A stretch of 63,936 bases of DNA, filler included, from Octopus bimaculoides (lineage: Eukaryota): assembly GCF_001194135.2 (NCBI RefSeq). It is 6 parts of 6 records of this genome, joined end to end, with 100 filler letters (N's around TTAATTAATTAA, not from the genome) between each part and the next. Parts side by side here need not be neighbours in the genome. Positions count along the whole stretch, not along the records: positions 1 to 29,339 come from NC_069002.1; positions 29,440 to 40,148 come from NC_068985.1; 4 more parts are not named here. The stretch is one strand, 5' to 3'. Shown here piece after piece: positions 27,908 through 39,619 of the stretch. The notes under the pieces were generated by a model. The model searched no databases, had not been told where the DNA came from, and worked only from the letters and a program-made list of their open reading frames with translations. Both the position numbers and the translations under genes were made by a program. How positions within the stretch are numbered: the first letter of the stretch is position 1; each line of letters starts with the position of its first letter.

Positions 27908-29304
27908 NNNNNNNNNNNNNNNNNNNNNNNNNNNNNNNNNNNNNNNNNNNNNNNNNNNNNNNNNNNNNNNNNNNNNNNNNNNNNNNNNNNNNNNNNNNNN
28001 NNNNNNNNNNNNNNNNNNNNNNNNNNNNNNNNNNNNNNNNNNNNNNNNNNNNNNNNNNNNNNNNNNNNNNNNNNNNNNNNNNNNNNNNNNNNNNNNNNNN
28101 NNNNNNNNNNNNNNNNNNNNNNNNNNNNNNNNNNNNNNNNNNNNNNNNNNNNNNNNNNNNNNNNNNNNNNNNNNNNNNNNNNNNNNNNNNNNNNNNNNNN
28201 NNNNNNNNNNNNNNNNNNNNNNNNNNNNNNNNNNNNNNNNNNNNNNNNNNNNNNNNNNNNNNNNNNNNNNNNNNNNNNNNNNNNNNNNNNNNNNNNNNNN
28301 NNNNNNNNNNNNNNNNNNNNNNNNNNNNNNNNNNNNNNNNNNNNNNNNNNNNNNNNNNNNNNNNNNNNNNNNNNNNNNNNNNNNNNNNNNNNNNNNNNNN
28401 NNNNNNNNNNNNNNNNNNNNNNNNNNNNNNNNNNNNNNNNNNNNNNNNNNNNNNNNNNNNNNNNNNNNNNNNNNNNNNNNNNNNNNNNNNNNNNNNNNNN
28501 NNNNNNNNNNNNNNNNNNNNNNNNNNNNNNNNNNNNNNNNNNNNNNNNNNNNNNNNNNNNNNNNNNNNNNNNNNNNNNNNNNNNNNNNNNNNNNNNNNNN
28601 NNNNNNNNNNNNNNNNNNNNNNTATATATATATATATATATATATATATGCGTGTATGTGTATGTGTATGTATGTATATATGTGTGTATGTATGTCTGTA
28701 TAAATACACATACATGCAACTGATCTTTGTGTTTTGGCTGATGATAGAGATTACTGACAGAGATATAGTAACATAGGTATATGGTGTAGGTATGTGTGAA
28801 TGTATGACTGTATTTGTCTTACAAAGTTTCCTTGGAAGTGTCGACATACAGCTAAAAGTCTATCAACTTCTGTATTGCATGATTTATCAAAGCCGTTAAT
28901 GTAAGTCTTTAGTTATTCAATATACGTTAGTTTAGATGGCTGGTCTAACAGTAAATATTGAATGTGTCCAACATTATACGAATCTGTTCATAACATTTAT
29001 AATATCAATGTTTATGTGTGTGTGTATGTGTGTGCGTGAATGTGTCTATACGCTACACACACACGCACACACACAGAAATATGATACACACACTTTCTCT
29101 AACACACACAAACACACAAACTCAAAGGAACAAGCACATAGATACACACAGAAACGTAGACACAGACAAGCATGCATCTTCATGTATGTATTTTTATAAA
29201 TACATATGTGCACATTTCTATATGGATAGGCGAATAGATACTAATACAAACATACATACGCACATATATACACTATATATACGTAATTATATCTATATAT
29301 CTAT

Positions 29305-29339
<35 letters not shown>

Positions 29340-29439
29340 NNNNNNNNNNNNNNNNNNNNNNNNNNNNNNNNNNNNNNNNNNNNTTAATTAATTAANNNNN
29401 NNNNNNNNNNNNNNNNNNNNNNNNNNNNNNNNNNNNNNN
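29340..29439. other. Assembly placeholder gap: 44 N + TTAATTAATTAA + 44 N
   Basis: The 12-mer palindrome gives stops in all six frames. The identical 100-bp construct recurs with linkers at 40193-40204, 50815-50826, 60146-60157 and 62572-62583. Not biological sequence. Confidence 0.9.
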
Positions 29440-29486
<47 letters not shown>

Positions 29487-30172
29487 TACATATGTATGCG
29501 TGTATATTCTCCAAACACTGTTTGACGACCAGTGTTAGTTTGTTTACGTCCACATAATTTAGCGGTTTGGCAAAAGAGACAAATAGACTAAGTACCAGAG
29601 AAAACTGGAATCGACTTGTTCGACTAACCCTACAATAAGGTGGTGCTCTAGCATGGCCGTATTCCACTGATTGAAACAAGTAAAAAAAAAAAAATACCGT
29701 AGCTTTAGAGCTGAAACACTTTAAAGATATTTAAAGATATTAAAAGTCTGCAGCCGTGTATCATTGATAAACAGAAAATAACCAAGAATTAAATGTACGC
29801 TTTGGAGTCTTTAAACTTTTGGGAAATAGTTTATCATATTTTGTTCTTTCATACCATTTAACAGAAATTGTTATCGGTACTGCAGCCTAATGAACTAAAA
29901 ATCTGTTTTTAATTAACTTGTCGCTCTATTACTGAGATATCTTCGTTTTCTTTTCTCTTTTTCTACCTTTGCAATATCAATAAGAATGGTACAACGTCTT
30001 AGTTAGAAACTAGCATGGAGTCTTTTGGTAATACCAGCCTATTTCTTCCGCTGTCATCAGACTTCCAGAACCATCTCCATATTTTTACATTCACTATTAT
30101 TAGCTTAGGTTTGTCATGAGCACTATAACTCATAACGGCAGAGCTTCACCCGATTTCTATAGCGTTTTGTTA

Positions 30173-30558
30173 TTGTTGTTGGCATTCCGTCGCTTACGGC
30201 GTCGAGGGTTCCAGTTGATCCGATTAACGGAACAGCCTGCTCGTGAAATTAACGTGCAAGTGGTTGAGCACTCCACAGACACGTGTGCCCTTAACGTAGT
30301 TCTCGGGGATATTCAGCGTGACACAGTGGGACAAGGCTGACCCTTTGAATTACAGGCACAACAGAAACAGGAAGTAAGAGTGAGAGAAAGCTGTGGTGAA
30401 AGAGTACAGCAGGGTTCGCCACCACCCTCTGCCGGAGCCTCGTGGAGCTTTAGGTGTTTTCGCTCAATAAACACAGACAACGCGCGGTTTGGGAATCGAA
30501 ACCGCGATCCTATGACAGCGAGTCCGCTGCCTTAACCACTGGGCCATTGCGCCTCCAC
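30173..30558 (-). mobile_element. tRNA-derived SINE, family 1
   Basis: Full-length copy aligning by eye to 5858-6238 and 38379-38764. Confidence 0.9.
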
Positions 30559-30588
30559 TNNNNNNNNNNNNNNNNNNNNNNNNNNNNN

Positions 30589-30963
30589 TATTGTTGTTGG
30601 CATTCCGTCGCTTACGGCGTCGAGGGTTCCAGTTGATCCGATTAACGGAACAGCCTGCTCGTGAAATTAACGTGCAAGTGGCTGAGCACTCCACAGACAC
30701 GTGTACTCTTAACGTAGTTCTCGTGACACAGTGTGACAAGGCTGGCCCTTTGAATTACAGGTACAACAGAAACATGAAGAAAGAGTGAGAGAAAGTTGAG
30801 GCGAAAGAATACAATAGGAGTTGCCACCATCCCTTGCCGGAGCCTCGTGGAACTTTAGGTGTTTTCGCTCAATAAACACAGACAACGCGCGGTTTGGGAA
30901 TCGAAACCGCGATCCTATGACAGCGAGTCCGCTGCCTTAACCACTGGGCCATTGCGCCTCCAC
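30589..30963 (-). mobile_element. tRNA-derived SINE, family 1 (tandem copy)
   Basis: Second copy directly after a 29-N gap. It has a 13-bp internal deletion (ggggatattcagc) relative to the other copies. Confidence 0.88.
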
Positions 30964-31411
30964 TTCCATAGCGTATAAGTGATTGAAATCACAAGACTTC
31001 CTTCTGTCAGGTCCGTGACTAGATTAACTCCCTCGCTATTGTTGGAAATCATTTACAGCTGAGTGAGATGGAGGAATATGAAATGAAGTGTTTTGCTCAA
31101 GAACTCTACGCACAACCCGGTCCAGGAATCAAAACTACAATCATAGTATCGTGAATACAACACCTTAACTATTATGCAACGCCTTCACGCATCCACTATT
31201 TCCTGAACCTGCCGTATAGTGAGTGCCTGCTGTATATAGTGAGTGTCTGCTGTATATAGTGAGTGTCTGCTGTATAGTGAGGGCCTGTTTACCTAGGAAT
31301 TCGTGAGAAAGTCTATACCTCAACCAATCATAAAGAGAGAGAGCTAAAGAAGAGGTAATGGCTTTGTTATGTTTTTTATTGTAGCGTACAAAGAATTCTG
31401 CTTCTACTTAC

Positions 31412-31567
31412 CTGTCGGGGCTTTAGGAGCAACTTCGATTTCAAATTCAGCGGTAATATATGTCTTTTGTTTGCTCAATGTTTGTCGGAAGCGGCGTCTT
31501 TTCGTTCCACATTGTAAGCTAACGTTCTGTACGTGGCACAGTTTTGTACATTTATAGCGCTTCTTCT
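31412..31567 (-). CDS. SCUBE: SCUBE-family exon, third spacer exon
   Basis: 156-nt exon (159 nt if the upstream gag of the gag-cag tandem acceptor is used), donor CAG|gtaagt, phase 1-1. Translates KKRYKCTKLCHVQNVSLQCGTKRRRFRQTLSKQKTYITAEFEIEVAPKAPT, paralleling SCUBE1 CHVTFVTLKC...KKRRR...HITAEFEIE (from memory). Confidence 0.9.
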
Positions 31568-31901
31568 CTGCTCAAAGAAATGATGTACACAGATGAATAT
31601 AATATGAGATAAGTATGATAGAAATGCTTAGAGACGGTAACACACTAAATTTTTGAATAATGTAAATATACTTAGCTATATCAACACATCTATCCTCATT
31701 TAGCAAGGAGTTTGGTAGGAAAAAGGGGTAAAAAGTGATATACGAATAAATAATAAGTGGACTATCCTCATGCATTTTGTAATGGAACGAATGATATTAT
31801 AGATTCATTGACACCAAACTCCCATCCCACAGCAGCGACGCTTCCAGTCGTCACGTATTTTCAACAACTATTACTACAGCTGTTGCTGCTGCTGCAAGTT
31901 T

Positions 31902-31921
31902 TACTGCTACTACTACTACTG

Positions 31922-31980
<59 letters not shown>
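31902..31980. repeat. (CTA)n microsatellite ~30 bp downstream of the second spacer exon donor
   Basis: Direct reading. One of dozens of (CA), (TA), (GA), (AAT), (TATG), (ATCT), (CAT) and (AAC) tracts across the window. Confidence 0.95.
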
Positions 31981-31981
<1 letters not shown>

Positions 31982-32013
31982 GTACAGTTGTGGTTAGATC
32001 ATTACTGACTTAC

Positions 32014-32136
32014 TGTGTAATGTCTGTAATAGGTTTTCCTTGAAGTTGTCCGTTGTGTGCTTCTTCAACCGGCATTTTTCTGCTGTCATCATCAGAAATA
32101 CAGCTTTCCGCTTGAAACCGGGTGGAAGAACAGCAT
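32014..32136 (-). CDS. SCUBE: SCUBE-family exon, second spacer exon
   Basis: 123-nt exon bounded by ccttttcag| and |gtaagt, phase 1-1. Translates (D)AVLPPGFKRKAVFLMMTAEKCRLKKHTTDNFKENLLQTLH, paralleling SCUBE1 [22 protein letters not shown] (from memory). Confidence 0.85.
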
Positions 32137-32176
32137 CTGAAAAGGATAACGTGTGTACATATATATATATATATAC

Positions 32177-32236
<60 letters not shown>

Positions 32237-32569
32237 ATGTGTGTGTGTGTGCGTAACATTATTCGTTTTTTCCCGTCCTTGTTTTNNNNNNNNNNNNNNN
32301 NNNNNNNNNNNNNNNNNNNNNNNNNNNNNNNNNNNNNNNNNNNNNNNNNNNNNNNNNNNNNNNNNNNNNNNNNNNNNNNNNNNNNNNNNNNNNNNNNNNN
32401 NNNNNNNNNNNNNNNNNNNNNNNNNNNNNNNNNNNNNNNNNNNNNNNNNNNNNNNNNNNNNNNNNNNNNNNNNNNNNNNNNNNNNNNNNNNNNNNNNNNN
32501 NNNNNNNNNNNNNNNNNNNNNNNNNNNNNNNNNNNNNNNNNNNNNNNNNNNNNNNNNNNNNNNNNNNNN

Positions 32570-32604
<35 letters not shown>

Positions 32605-33119
32605 TAATTATTTGGACTTTGGGTATATGTCTAGTAATATGCCGATTAAAGCACTTTCACCGTTTAGGCTACCTGATGTCATCCACAGTTACGATATAAT
32701 TGTCACTGGCTCTATGTCAGGAATTCTGCAGTGTTCACCGAGTTTATAATGAACGAGGGAAACGGAAAATGGGTTTAGCAAGAACTTTTATTCAACACAA
32801 CGATCGTTTCGACTCATCCTGCATCTGTCCTTTACGGGTGGGATATTGTACAGCTAGTTGTGTTGCATCCATCGACGCAGGCTGTCTCATCAGGTGTCTC
32901 ATTTGAATAAGATACCTCACTACATATACAAGTTATGGTCGCCCGTAGAATGTTGGCTACATTGGCAGAATGGAAATAATTTCGGGGTTATGACCCATAG
33001 GTAGGTATGCACGTGCATTTCTATTATTCTTTATTACTTTAATTTATGTTATGTATTCATTGTGAACTATAGTCATATATGGTGGATTCTCTCATCGAAG
33101 ACGACGAATGAGCGTTCAG

Positions 33120-34259
33120 CTTTTATTAATTTAATAGAAGTACAAAGATGTTATCTCCTTCAAAGTAGGACCGTCTGATTTCAATGAATTTTTTGTAGCG
33201 CTCCAGCCATTTTGTGAAGGTCCCATGGAAGTCTTCAAAAAGGAAATTGTTCAGGACCCTTGTCACATTCACCGTCATCTTTTCAATGATTAGAAAAAGA
33301 CTGCCTCTGAGGTTATCCTTCAGTTTGGGAACAACCAAAGGTTACGGAAAGCAAGGTTTGGACAGTAGGGAGGATGAGGGACAGCTTTGAGGCTCACTTC
33401 TGTCAAGTGCTTGGTTACCAGGATGGAATTGTACACTGGTACACTGTCCTAGTGTAGGTGCCACCCACCTAAGAGGAAGAGCTCTGGACTTTTGTGAGGG
33501 AATCTCTTCCTGAACTCTCTCGAAACCTCCACCAAGTATTCTTTGTTAACCGTAGGCCAGTGGGAACCTAGTCGATGTAGATGATGTTCTCGCTGTCAAA
33601 AAGGGAGATCACCACAAACTTCCTCGTGGATTTGCTTTGCCTAGCTTTCTTGGGTCTGGGCGAACCAGGATGCTTCCCTCTCCTTGCTGTCACTAATGTA
33701 TCTGTTCGTCACAGAGCATTCTGAGAACAATCTTTGCACAAATTTTATTCATGTTCAATTCTGCATGAATAATTCTGTGCCACACCAACTCCAAACAATA
33801 TGCTTAATATCTTTGTAGAAATACAACGGTCTTCATCCAGAAAATCGCGAATTTTCTCAACCGGCTCAGATATTCTGAAGTCCCTCTCCCTCCCACACGT
33901 CTCATCGCCTCTCATCCCCTCCCTACCATTCTTGGAGCTCTTGTGCCAGCGAAAAACATGCTCAGCTCATACAAGTTAATCCTTAAGCCGTCTGGAGCAC
34001 TTCATAGGTTTCTGTAGGGTTTTCCCAATTTAACACAAAACTTTATTGCATAGTGAGCTTCCAAATTGTATTCACATCCCGACTGCATTCTACAAACTAG
34101 TCAGCTGTGACAAACAGCATTTAGTAGGACGTTTTCAAAGTCCTGTTACAACCGTCTCCTCTAATCTCGAATAAAGTTGGCAGATCAACTTATTAAATAA
34201 CAATCTAGGACAAATTTTTTCCTAAACAAAGCCTGAAAACTTCTGGAATGCACCTCGTG
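33120..34259 (-). mobile_element. Decayed mariner (DD34D) DNA transposon
   Basis: Left end cacgaggtgcattccagaag. Transposase remnants IKFCVKLGKTPTETYE, PRPKKARQSKST and D-34-(D>N) around PHPPYCPNLAFRN LWLFPKLKDNLRG. Multiple stops; right TIR not intact. Confidence 0.9.
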
Positions 34260-34363
<104 letters not shown>

Positions 34364-34614
34364 TACAAACACACACACACGCACGCACACACACATACCT
34401 ACACACACATTTCACATTTCACACGCACACTTACACACCCACAGTAATATTGTTTGTTTTTATTAACACGACAATAAAGATAGACAGACGAATAGAATAT
34501 ACGTCAATTTTAGCATAAGACAACTATGCATAGAAGAAATCAATGTTTAGCTATATCTATCCTTTCAAGATGAGTTTAGAAAAAAGGAGAAAGAATAATG
34601 TTTAGACAACTTAC

Positions 34615-34830
34615 CGGAACAACTTGGAAGGACTACATAGGTTTTATTATTGTGGGACCATTCATACTTTGTCTCTTTATTACATATGAATGTATAGTCA
34701 GTCCGTGAAGCATCGCTCGTGAAATGGGCGTTGCTGTTACAGCGTAAAATACACATATTTGTGTCGCCGACACTTTGACATAACAGTTGGGCTTTGGCTG
34801 GTGTCTTCAGACGGATGCAAACATCTGCTC
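34615..34830 (-). CDS. SCUBE: SCUBE-family exon, first spacer exon
   Basis: 216-nt exon bounded by tttttactag| and CCG|gtaagt, phase 1-1. Translates (R)ADVCIRLKTPAKAQLLCQSVGDTNMCILRCNSNAHFTSDASRTDYTFICNKETKYEWSHNNKTYVVLPSCS. It parallels the SCUBE1 spacer C...KTSPRAQLSC...CFLSC...SYVLSC...PSCS (from memory) and partly overlaps track ORF 34565..34756. Confidence 0.88.
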
Positions 34831-35112
34831 CTAGTAAAAAGGAAACATTTACTGTAAGATTTACATTTTCATCTACAATATTTACAAAATACTTATGGAA
34901 AAAACATTAATGTATATAGTTGTGAAGCGAGCATTTTAACCACTCAACTATTTTAGCGCCTTATTGTTGAAAATAATTCCTTTTGTTAATAAACGCATCT
35001 TCATAAAAGAACATTTACAAGAATCCGTTAAAGACAGTTCTCCCTTCTTTGATTGGCTGGTTTTTACAATCATAAAAATATAAGCCAATAGCGTTTAATA
35101 TAAAATAAATAT

Positions 35113-35852
35113 GCTTTCTAATATAGGCACAAGGCTTGAAATTTTGAAAGGAGAGGAGCTGTTGATTTACATGAAACCCAATACTTTACTAGAACTTATT
35201 GGCCTCAAAAATACGAAAGACAAAACCGACCTCGGTGGAATTTGAACTCAAATCCGGAAAAAATGCCGTTAAGCATTTTGATCGGCGTGCTAATGATTCT
35301 GTCAACTGGCTGCCTTAACGAAAGATTAATATAGGTTTCAAATTTTGGTTTAAGGCCAGTAATTTCGGGGAAGGGTTTGAGCCGATTACATCAGCCCTAG
35401 TGCTCAACTGGTACTTATTTTATCGATCCCGAAAGGATAAAAGGCTTGCTAATTACTCTACCAACTCACCGCCTTTAACAAAGACGAAGAAATAATATTA
35501 AAAGATAGAGTAGGACGGTGTGATGGCAGAATAAGTGCTGTTTGAGCGTTGGGATCGATGTAATCGATTATCCCTCTCCCACATGACTCCAAGCATTGTG
35601 TCTGCAGTAGAAAGACTATTTTAATGTCCATAAGGCGACGAGAGAGCCGACTCGTTAGCGCGTCAGACAAAATACTTGGCGGTATTTCCCCCTAATCTTT
35701 ACATGATGAGCTCAAATCCCACTAAGGTTAACTTTGCCTTTCATCCTTTCGGGGCCGATATAATAAAGTATTAGTCAAGTACTAAGCTGATATGATCGGC
35801 TAAGCAATCTCCCTAAAATTGTTAGCCTTGTACCAAAATTGGGAAACAATAT
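35113..35852. mobile_element. Cluster of tRNA-related SINE family 4 copies (two minus, one plus)
   Basis: Minus copies at about 35113-35317 and 35330-35475, plus copy at about 35632-35852. They share ggcggtgagctggcagaatcgttagcacgccg...tttgcctttcatcctttcggggtcgataa. Related copies at about 15057-15245 and 5290-5410. Confidence 0.8.
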
Positions 35853-36168
35853 TCTGTCTTCATTAATTTCAAATCTGAAACCGCTGAAGCTATTGTATAA
35901 AATGAAAATTAAAGCTTCAGAAGTTAAGTTAGTAAAACGTTAGTTAAGTATTTGAAATCTTTCTGAAAGATTTTAAATAAATAAATAAAATAAACTTGTT
36001 ATCAGTTCAAATATGTTTGAGAGATATTTGAACTTGTAAGAAGGCTATTCTTAGTATTTGAGATATAATTTTCAGAATCAGTTCCATTACTAATCAAATT
36101 AATTCTTTTTTCAAAATAGAAACCATTTATAGAAAGAATAAAAAAGTTCAGTTGTTAGAAATACGTAC

Positions 36169-36291
36169 TCATGCAATCCTTTTGGTTGGGGTGAAGTCGA
36201 TAACCTTCTTTACATTTACACTTAAAACTTCCTTCTGTATTTTCACAACCTTGTTCACAACCTCCAATATTATTGGTGCATTCATTCACAT
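36169..36291 (-). CDS. SCUBE: SCUBE-family exon, calcium-binding EGF repeat (equivalent to EGF9)
   Basis: 123-nt exon bounded by cctgcag| and |gtacgt, phase 1-1. Translates (D)[40 protein letters not shown]. The [11 protein letters not shown] ending parallels SCUBE EGF9 GYKLHWNKKDC (from memory). Confidence 0.93.
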
Positions 36292-36695
36292 CTGCAGGAC
36301 AATCAATTATTTATTAGTAATTCCTTATCAAGTCGTATTTTTTTTTTACATTAGGAAACAATAATCTTAATTAAAAGTATCATCTATTTTGAAATATGTA
36401 ACTCTCCTCAATGACAACCACAAATAAGTCCAAAATATATAGTTCGGTTTTATCCTATTATATCATTACATACTTTTTTTATTATTTGCATTATATTATT
36501 ATACATTTTATATTGATATAGTATTACATATTTAATAGTATTACAAGCATATTTTATACTATTATAGTATTGACTAAAGATTCTATGTACCTACAGGCGA
36601 AACTCAGAGTAGTCAGAGAATGATTTGACTAAAGTAAAACTATTAATCTCTGCTATGGTAACGAGTATTCTTTCTTCCGACGTCAACACAATCGG

Positions 36696-36726
<31 letters not shown>

Positions 36727-37020
36727 TGTATGTATGTATGTATGTATGTATGTATGTATGTATGTACGTACGTATTTGTGTGTGTGTATTATTTATAATA
36801 TAATATTGTTATATAAATTATATACACATACATCCATAACTATATATAGTCCAGTATTATATTTTTAAATATTTTACGAGCATTATATCATTGATATAGA
36901 GTTGTTGTACTCAAGTGTATTCGTTATGTATTGTTAAAGATTCTTAATCTGCTTTTCTTGTTTTATTACATTATTGCATTACCCAGTATGTTTGTTAGTA
37001 CCATATTTTCCGGCATAGTA

Positions 37021-37200
37021 CCATATTTTCCGGCACATGTAATATAAGCAGTCAAAACTCGTTACTGTCTTTCCAAATCTTGCTGCATTTCACATCAAAC
37101 TTTTGTTCCTCAAAAGCCATCTTGACGTATAAGTCGATCTACTTTCCTTTGGCTGCAAATTTTGATCTGAAAAATTCGACTTGCATGCCGGAAAATGAGG
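37021..37200. mobile_element. pogo/Tc1-type MITE
   Basis: Ends TA-ccatattttccggca ... tgccggaaaatgagg-TA (13/15 inverted match), with internal tataagtcga/tcgacttg motifs. The left end is duplicated as a 20-bp tandem starting near 36997. Confidence 0.65.
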
Positions 37201-37406
37201 TAAATGTTTTCCAACATTTTTTATGGAAGTTTTTACTGCATCAATGAGTGCATCTCCATTTTTTTTCGAAATGTGTAAAACATTGTCATCTGGAAATATA
37301 GAACTGTGATTGTATATTATACCAATGTTGCTGTGTTGCAGAATTAGGTTTTGTTGTTTCTGTTGATATTTTTGTGTTTCGTCTGCTCGTTGAGTTGAAT
37401 GTAATA

Positions 37407-37588
37407 CGAGGTCTGATCAGTAAGTATCCGGATTGTTGCCATAATAACGAAGCTAAAGCACACAGTGTAAAGCTCACTAAGTTTTAATGTTTTACCTCAC
37501 TTCCGCTGTTTATAGCAGTGCTTGAAAGGAACGCGTGCTTTAGCTTCGTTGCTATGGCAACAGTCTGGATACTTATTGATCAGACCAC
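37407..37588. mobile_element. Mariner-type MITE
   Basis: About 55-bp TIRs (cgaggtctgatcagtaagtatccggattgttgccataataacgaagctaaagcac / gtgctttagcttcgttgctatggcaacagtctggatacttattgatcagaccacg), flanked by TA on both sides (37405-37406, 37589-37590). Confidence 0.9.
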
Positions 37589-38153
37589 GTATGAGCTGTG
37601 CTGACGTAATATTATTCATGTTAATATTATTGTCGTTAACACTGTCAAGTTCACGAATTCTGAGATTTTGAATTCGTCCATGTCAATATTTAGTGCGAGC
37701 AAATTTTCTTAATGTTTTCTTTGTTAACCGTATACTTTCCAGTTTTAGTTCGGTGTGTGTATTTCGGTTTTAGAATAGATACACTGCGTCCCTGTGTGTC
37801 GTAAGAGACAACAAAAGAACTTGGGTGACAAGAAGGGCATTTGACCACACGATATTGTTTCAAAATTACCCTCTCCAACTCACCAAGGAAAAGTAGAACA
37901 TAAAACAATAATGATGATGATGATGATGGTAGTGGTGGTGAGGATAATTTACCTTAATAACGGTTCAACTTTACAGGATAAAGACGAAGTCATTTTTAGT
38001 TCTTAAAGACAATGAAGACAACATTGTGAGTCAAAAGAGTCATCTGTCTGAATTAGTCCTTAATATAACGTAAATGTGCGAAAAAAATCTCAAATAAGTT
38101 TGTTGTAAGTTTGTAAGTAAGATGATTCCGGTGATTGTTATGTTGTCACTTAC

Positions 38154-38270
38154 CTGCACAATGTGTGATACCATAATTTTCAAAACCTGGTCGGCATTTA
38201 CAATGGAAACTTCCAGGTGTGTTAATACAAATATGATCACATGTAGACGGTATTGAACATTCGTCTATAT
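38154..38270 (-). CDS. SCUBE: SCUBE-family exon, calcium-binding EGF repeat (equivalent to EGF8)
   Basis: 117-nt exon bounded by tatccag| and CAG|gtaagt, phase 1-1. Translates (D)[38 protein letters not shown]. The short CDHxC and YGxTHC ending matches vertebrate SCUBE EGF8 as I recall it (TCDHSCIN...YGFTHCG). Confidence 0.93.
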
Positions 38271-38378
38271 CTGGATAGAAATAGAAGCAATGACTTAATT
38301 CTTCTAATATAACTGTTAACCATTCATGAAAATATGCATATAACTAGAAAAAGAACAGCATAACAATACACAACACAA

Positions 38379-38764
38379 TTGTTGTTGGCACTCTGTCGCT
38401 TACAACGTCGAGGGTTCCAGTTGATCCGATCAACGGAACAGCCTGCTCGTGAAATTAACGTGCAAGTAACTGAGCACTCCACAGACACATGTACCTTTAA
38501 CGCAGTTCTCGGGGATATTCAGCGTGACACAGTGTGACAAAGCTGACCCTTTGAATTACAGGTACAAGAGAAACAGGAAGTAAGAGTGAGAGAGAGTTGG
38601 GGCGAAAGAGTACAGTAGGGTTCGCCACCATCCCCTGCCAGAGTCTCGTGGAGCTTTAGGTGTTTTCGCTCAATAAACACTCACAACGTCCGGTCTGGGA
38701 ATCGAAACCGCGATCCTATGACCGCGAATCCGCTGCCCTAACCACTGGGCCAATGCGCCTCCAC
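38379..38764 (-). mobile_element. tRNA-derived SINE, family 1
   Basis: Full-length copy in the EGF7-EGF8 intron, with A box TGGCCCAGTGG and B box GGTTTCGATTCC on the minus strand. Confidence 0.9.
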
Positions 38765-39403
38765 ACACAACAGAATACACACATGACTAGAACAAGAACA
38801 ATATAGAAACAAGCCAAAAAGAGAAGAGGGTTAGAAAAGATAAAAGCAGCTAGAAGAAGGACAGATGAAACAAAATGAAAGTTATACAAAATAAGTTGCA
38901 GAAGAGGCAAAGAACACAGGTAGAAAGTGGTATAAAAGAAAACCTTGTTTTTGTGTGTCTGTGCACTTGGAACTAGGGTATAGAGACTCTGTTATTATCC
39001 CGAGCTTGTTTGATTACTGTGATAACTATCGGAACGGGACAGGGCACGTGTGAGGAAGAAGTAGCACATTTAATCAGGTTTGGAAAGAAAATCCATATCC
39101 TTATTGCATGATTAATGTAGTCGAAGAAATTATTGGAGTAGGATGGTAGCTCAACATGTAGCTTGAGCACATATCGCATCTTGTGCTTCTACATTTTGTT
39201 TTCTTTCTAAATAGTGCACATTCGATCATTATGGTCACCCCGTTGTCTGAGCCTGTAATTATCCCGTTGAATTCATCTTCAGCTGTCTATTTGTATCTAT
39301 GCTTGTTTATTCATGTACGTATAAATGAAAGTATGTGAGTTTGTGTGTGTGTGTGTGTGTGTGTGTGAGTATATACTAGATAATGTTTGCGTTTCTTTCT
39401 TAC

Positions 39404-39526
39404 CTGTGCATGTTTTCAGATCACTTAGAGTTTTGAATCCTTTAGGACATGTACATTCGTAGCTGCCGTGGGTGTTGACACAATTGTCACTACAACCTCC
39501 ACCTCCATCTGCACATTCATCAATAT
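39404..39526 (-). CDS. SCUBE: SCUBE-family exon, calcium-binding EGF repeat (equivalent to EGF7)
   Basis: 123-nt exon bounded by ttctcag| and CAG|gtaaga, phase 1-1. Translates (D)[40 protein letters not shown], with 6 Cys, a DIDEC Ca-binding start and the C-x-N-x4-Y-x-C-x-C hydroxylation consensus. Family assignment comes from the adjacent exons. Confidence 0.92.
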
Positions 39527-39530
39527 CTGA

Positions 39531-39572
<42 letters not shown>

Positions 39573-39592
39573 TAATAATAATAATAATAATG
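39531..39592. repeat. (AAT)n microsatellite abutting the EGF7 acceptor
   Basis: Direct reading. Confidence 0.95.
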
Positions 39593-39619
39593 ATGATGAT
39601 GGTTTCTTTTATTTGTCAC

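Noticed and set aside
12625-31285. Short minisatellites (about 31-bp x3 near 12625-12690, 19-bp x2 near 23560-23605, 22-bp x3 near 31215-31285) as CRISPR-like arrays
   Set aside because: Simple tandem repeats without unique spacers, in a eukaryotic intron.
32700-32910. Cys-containing GC-richer block between spacer exons as an extra SCUBE exon
   Set aside because: Minus-strand frames contain stops and lack suitable splice sites. The flanking exons already join in frame.
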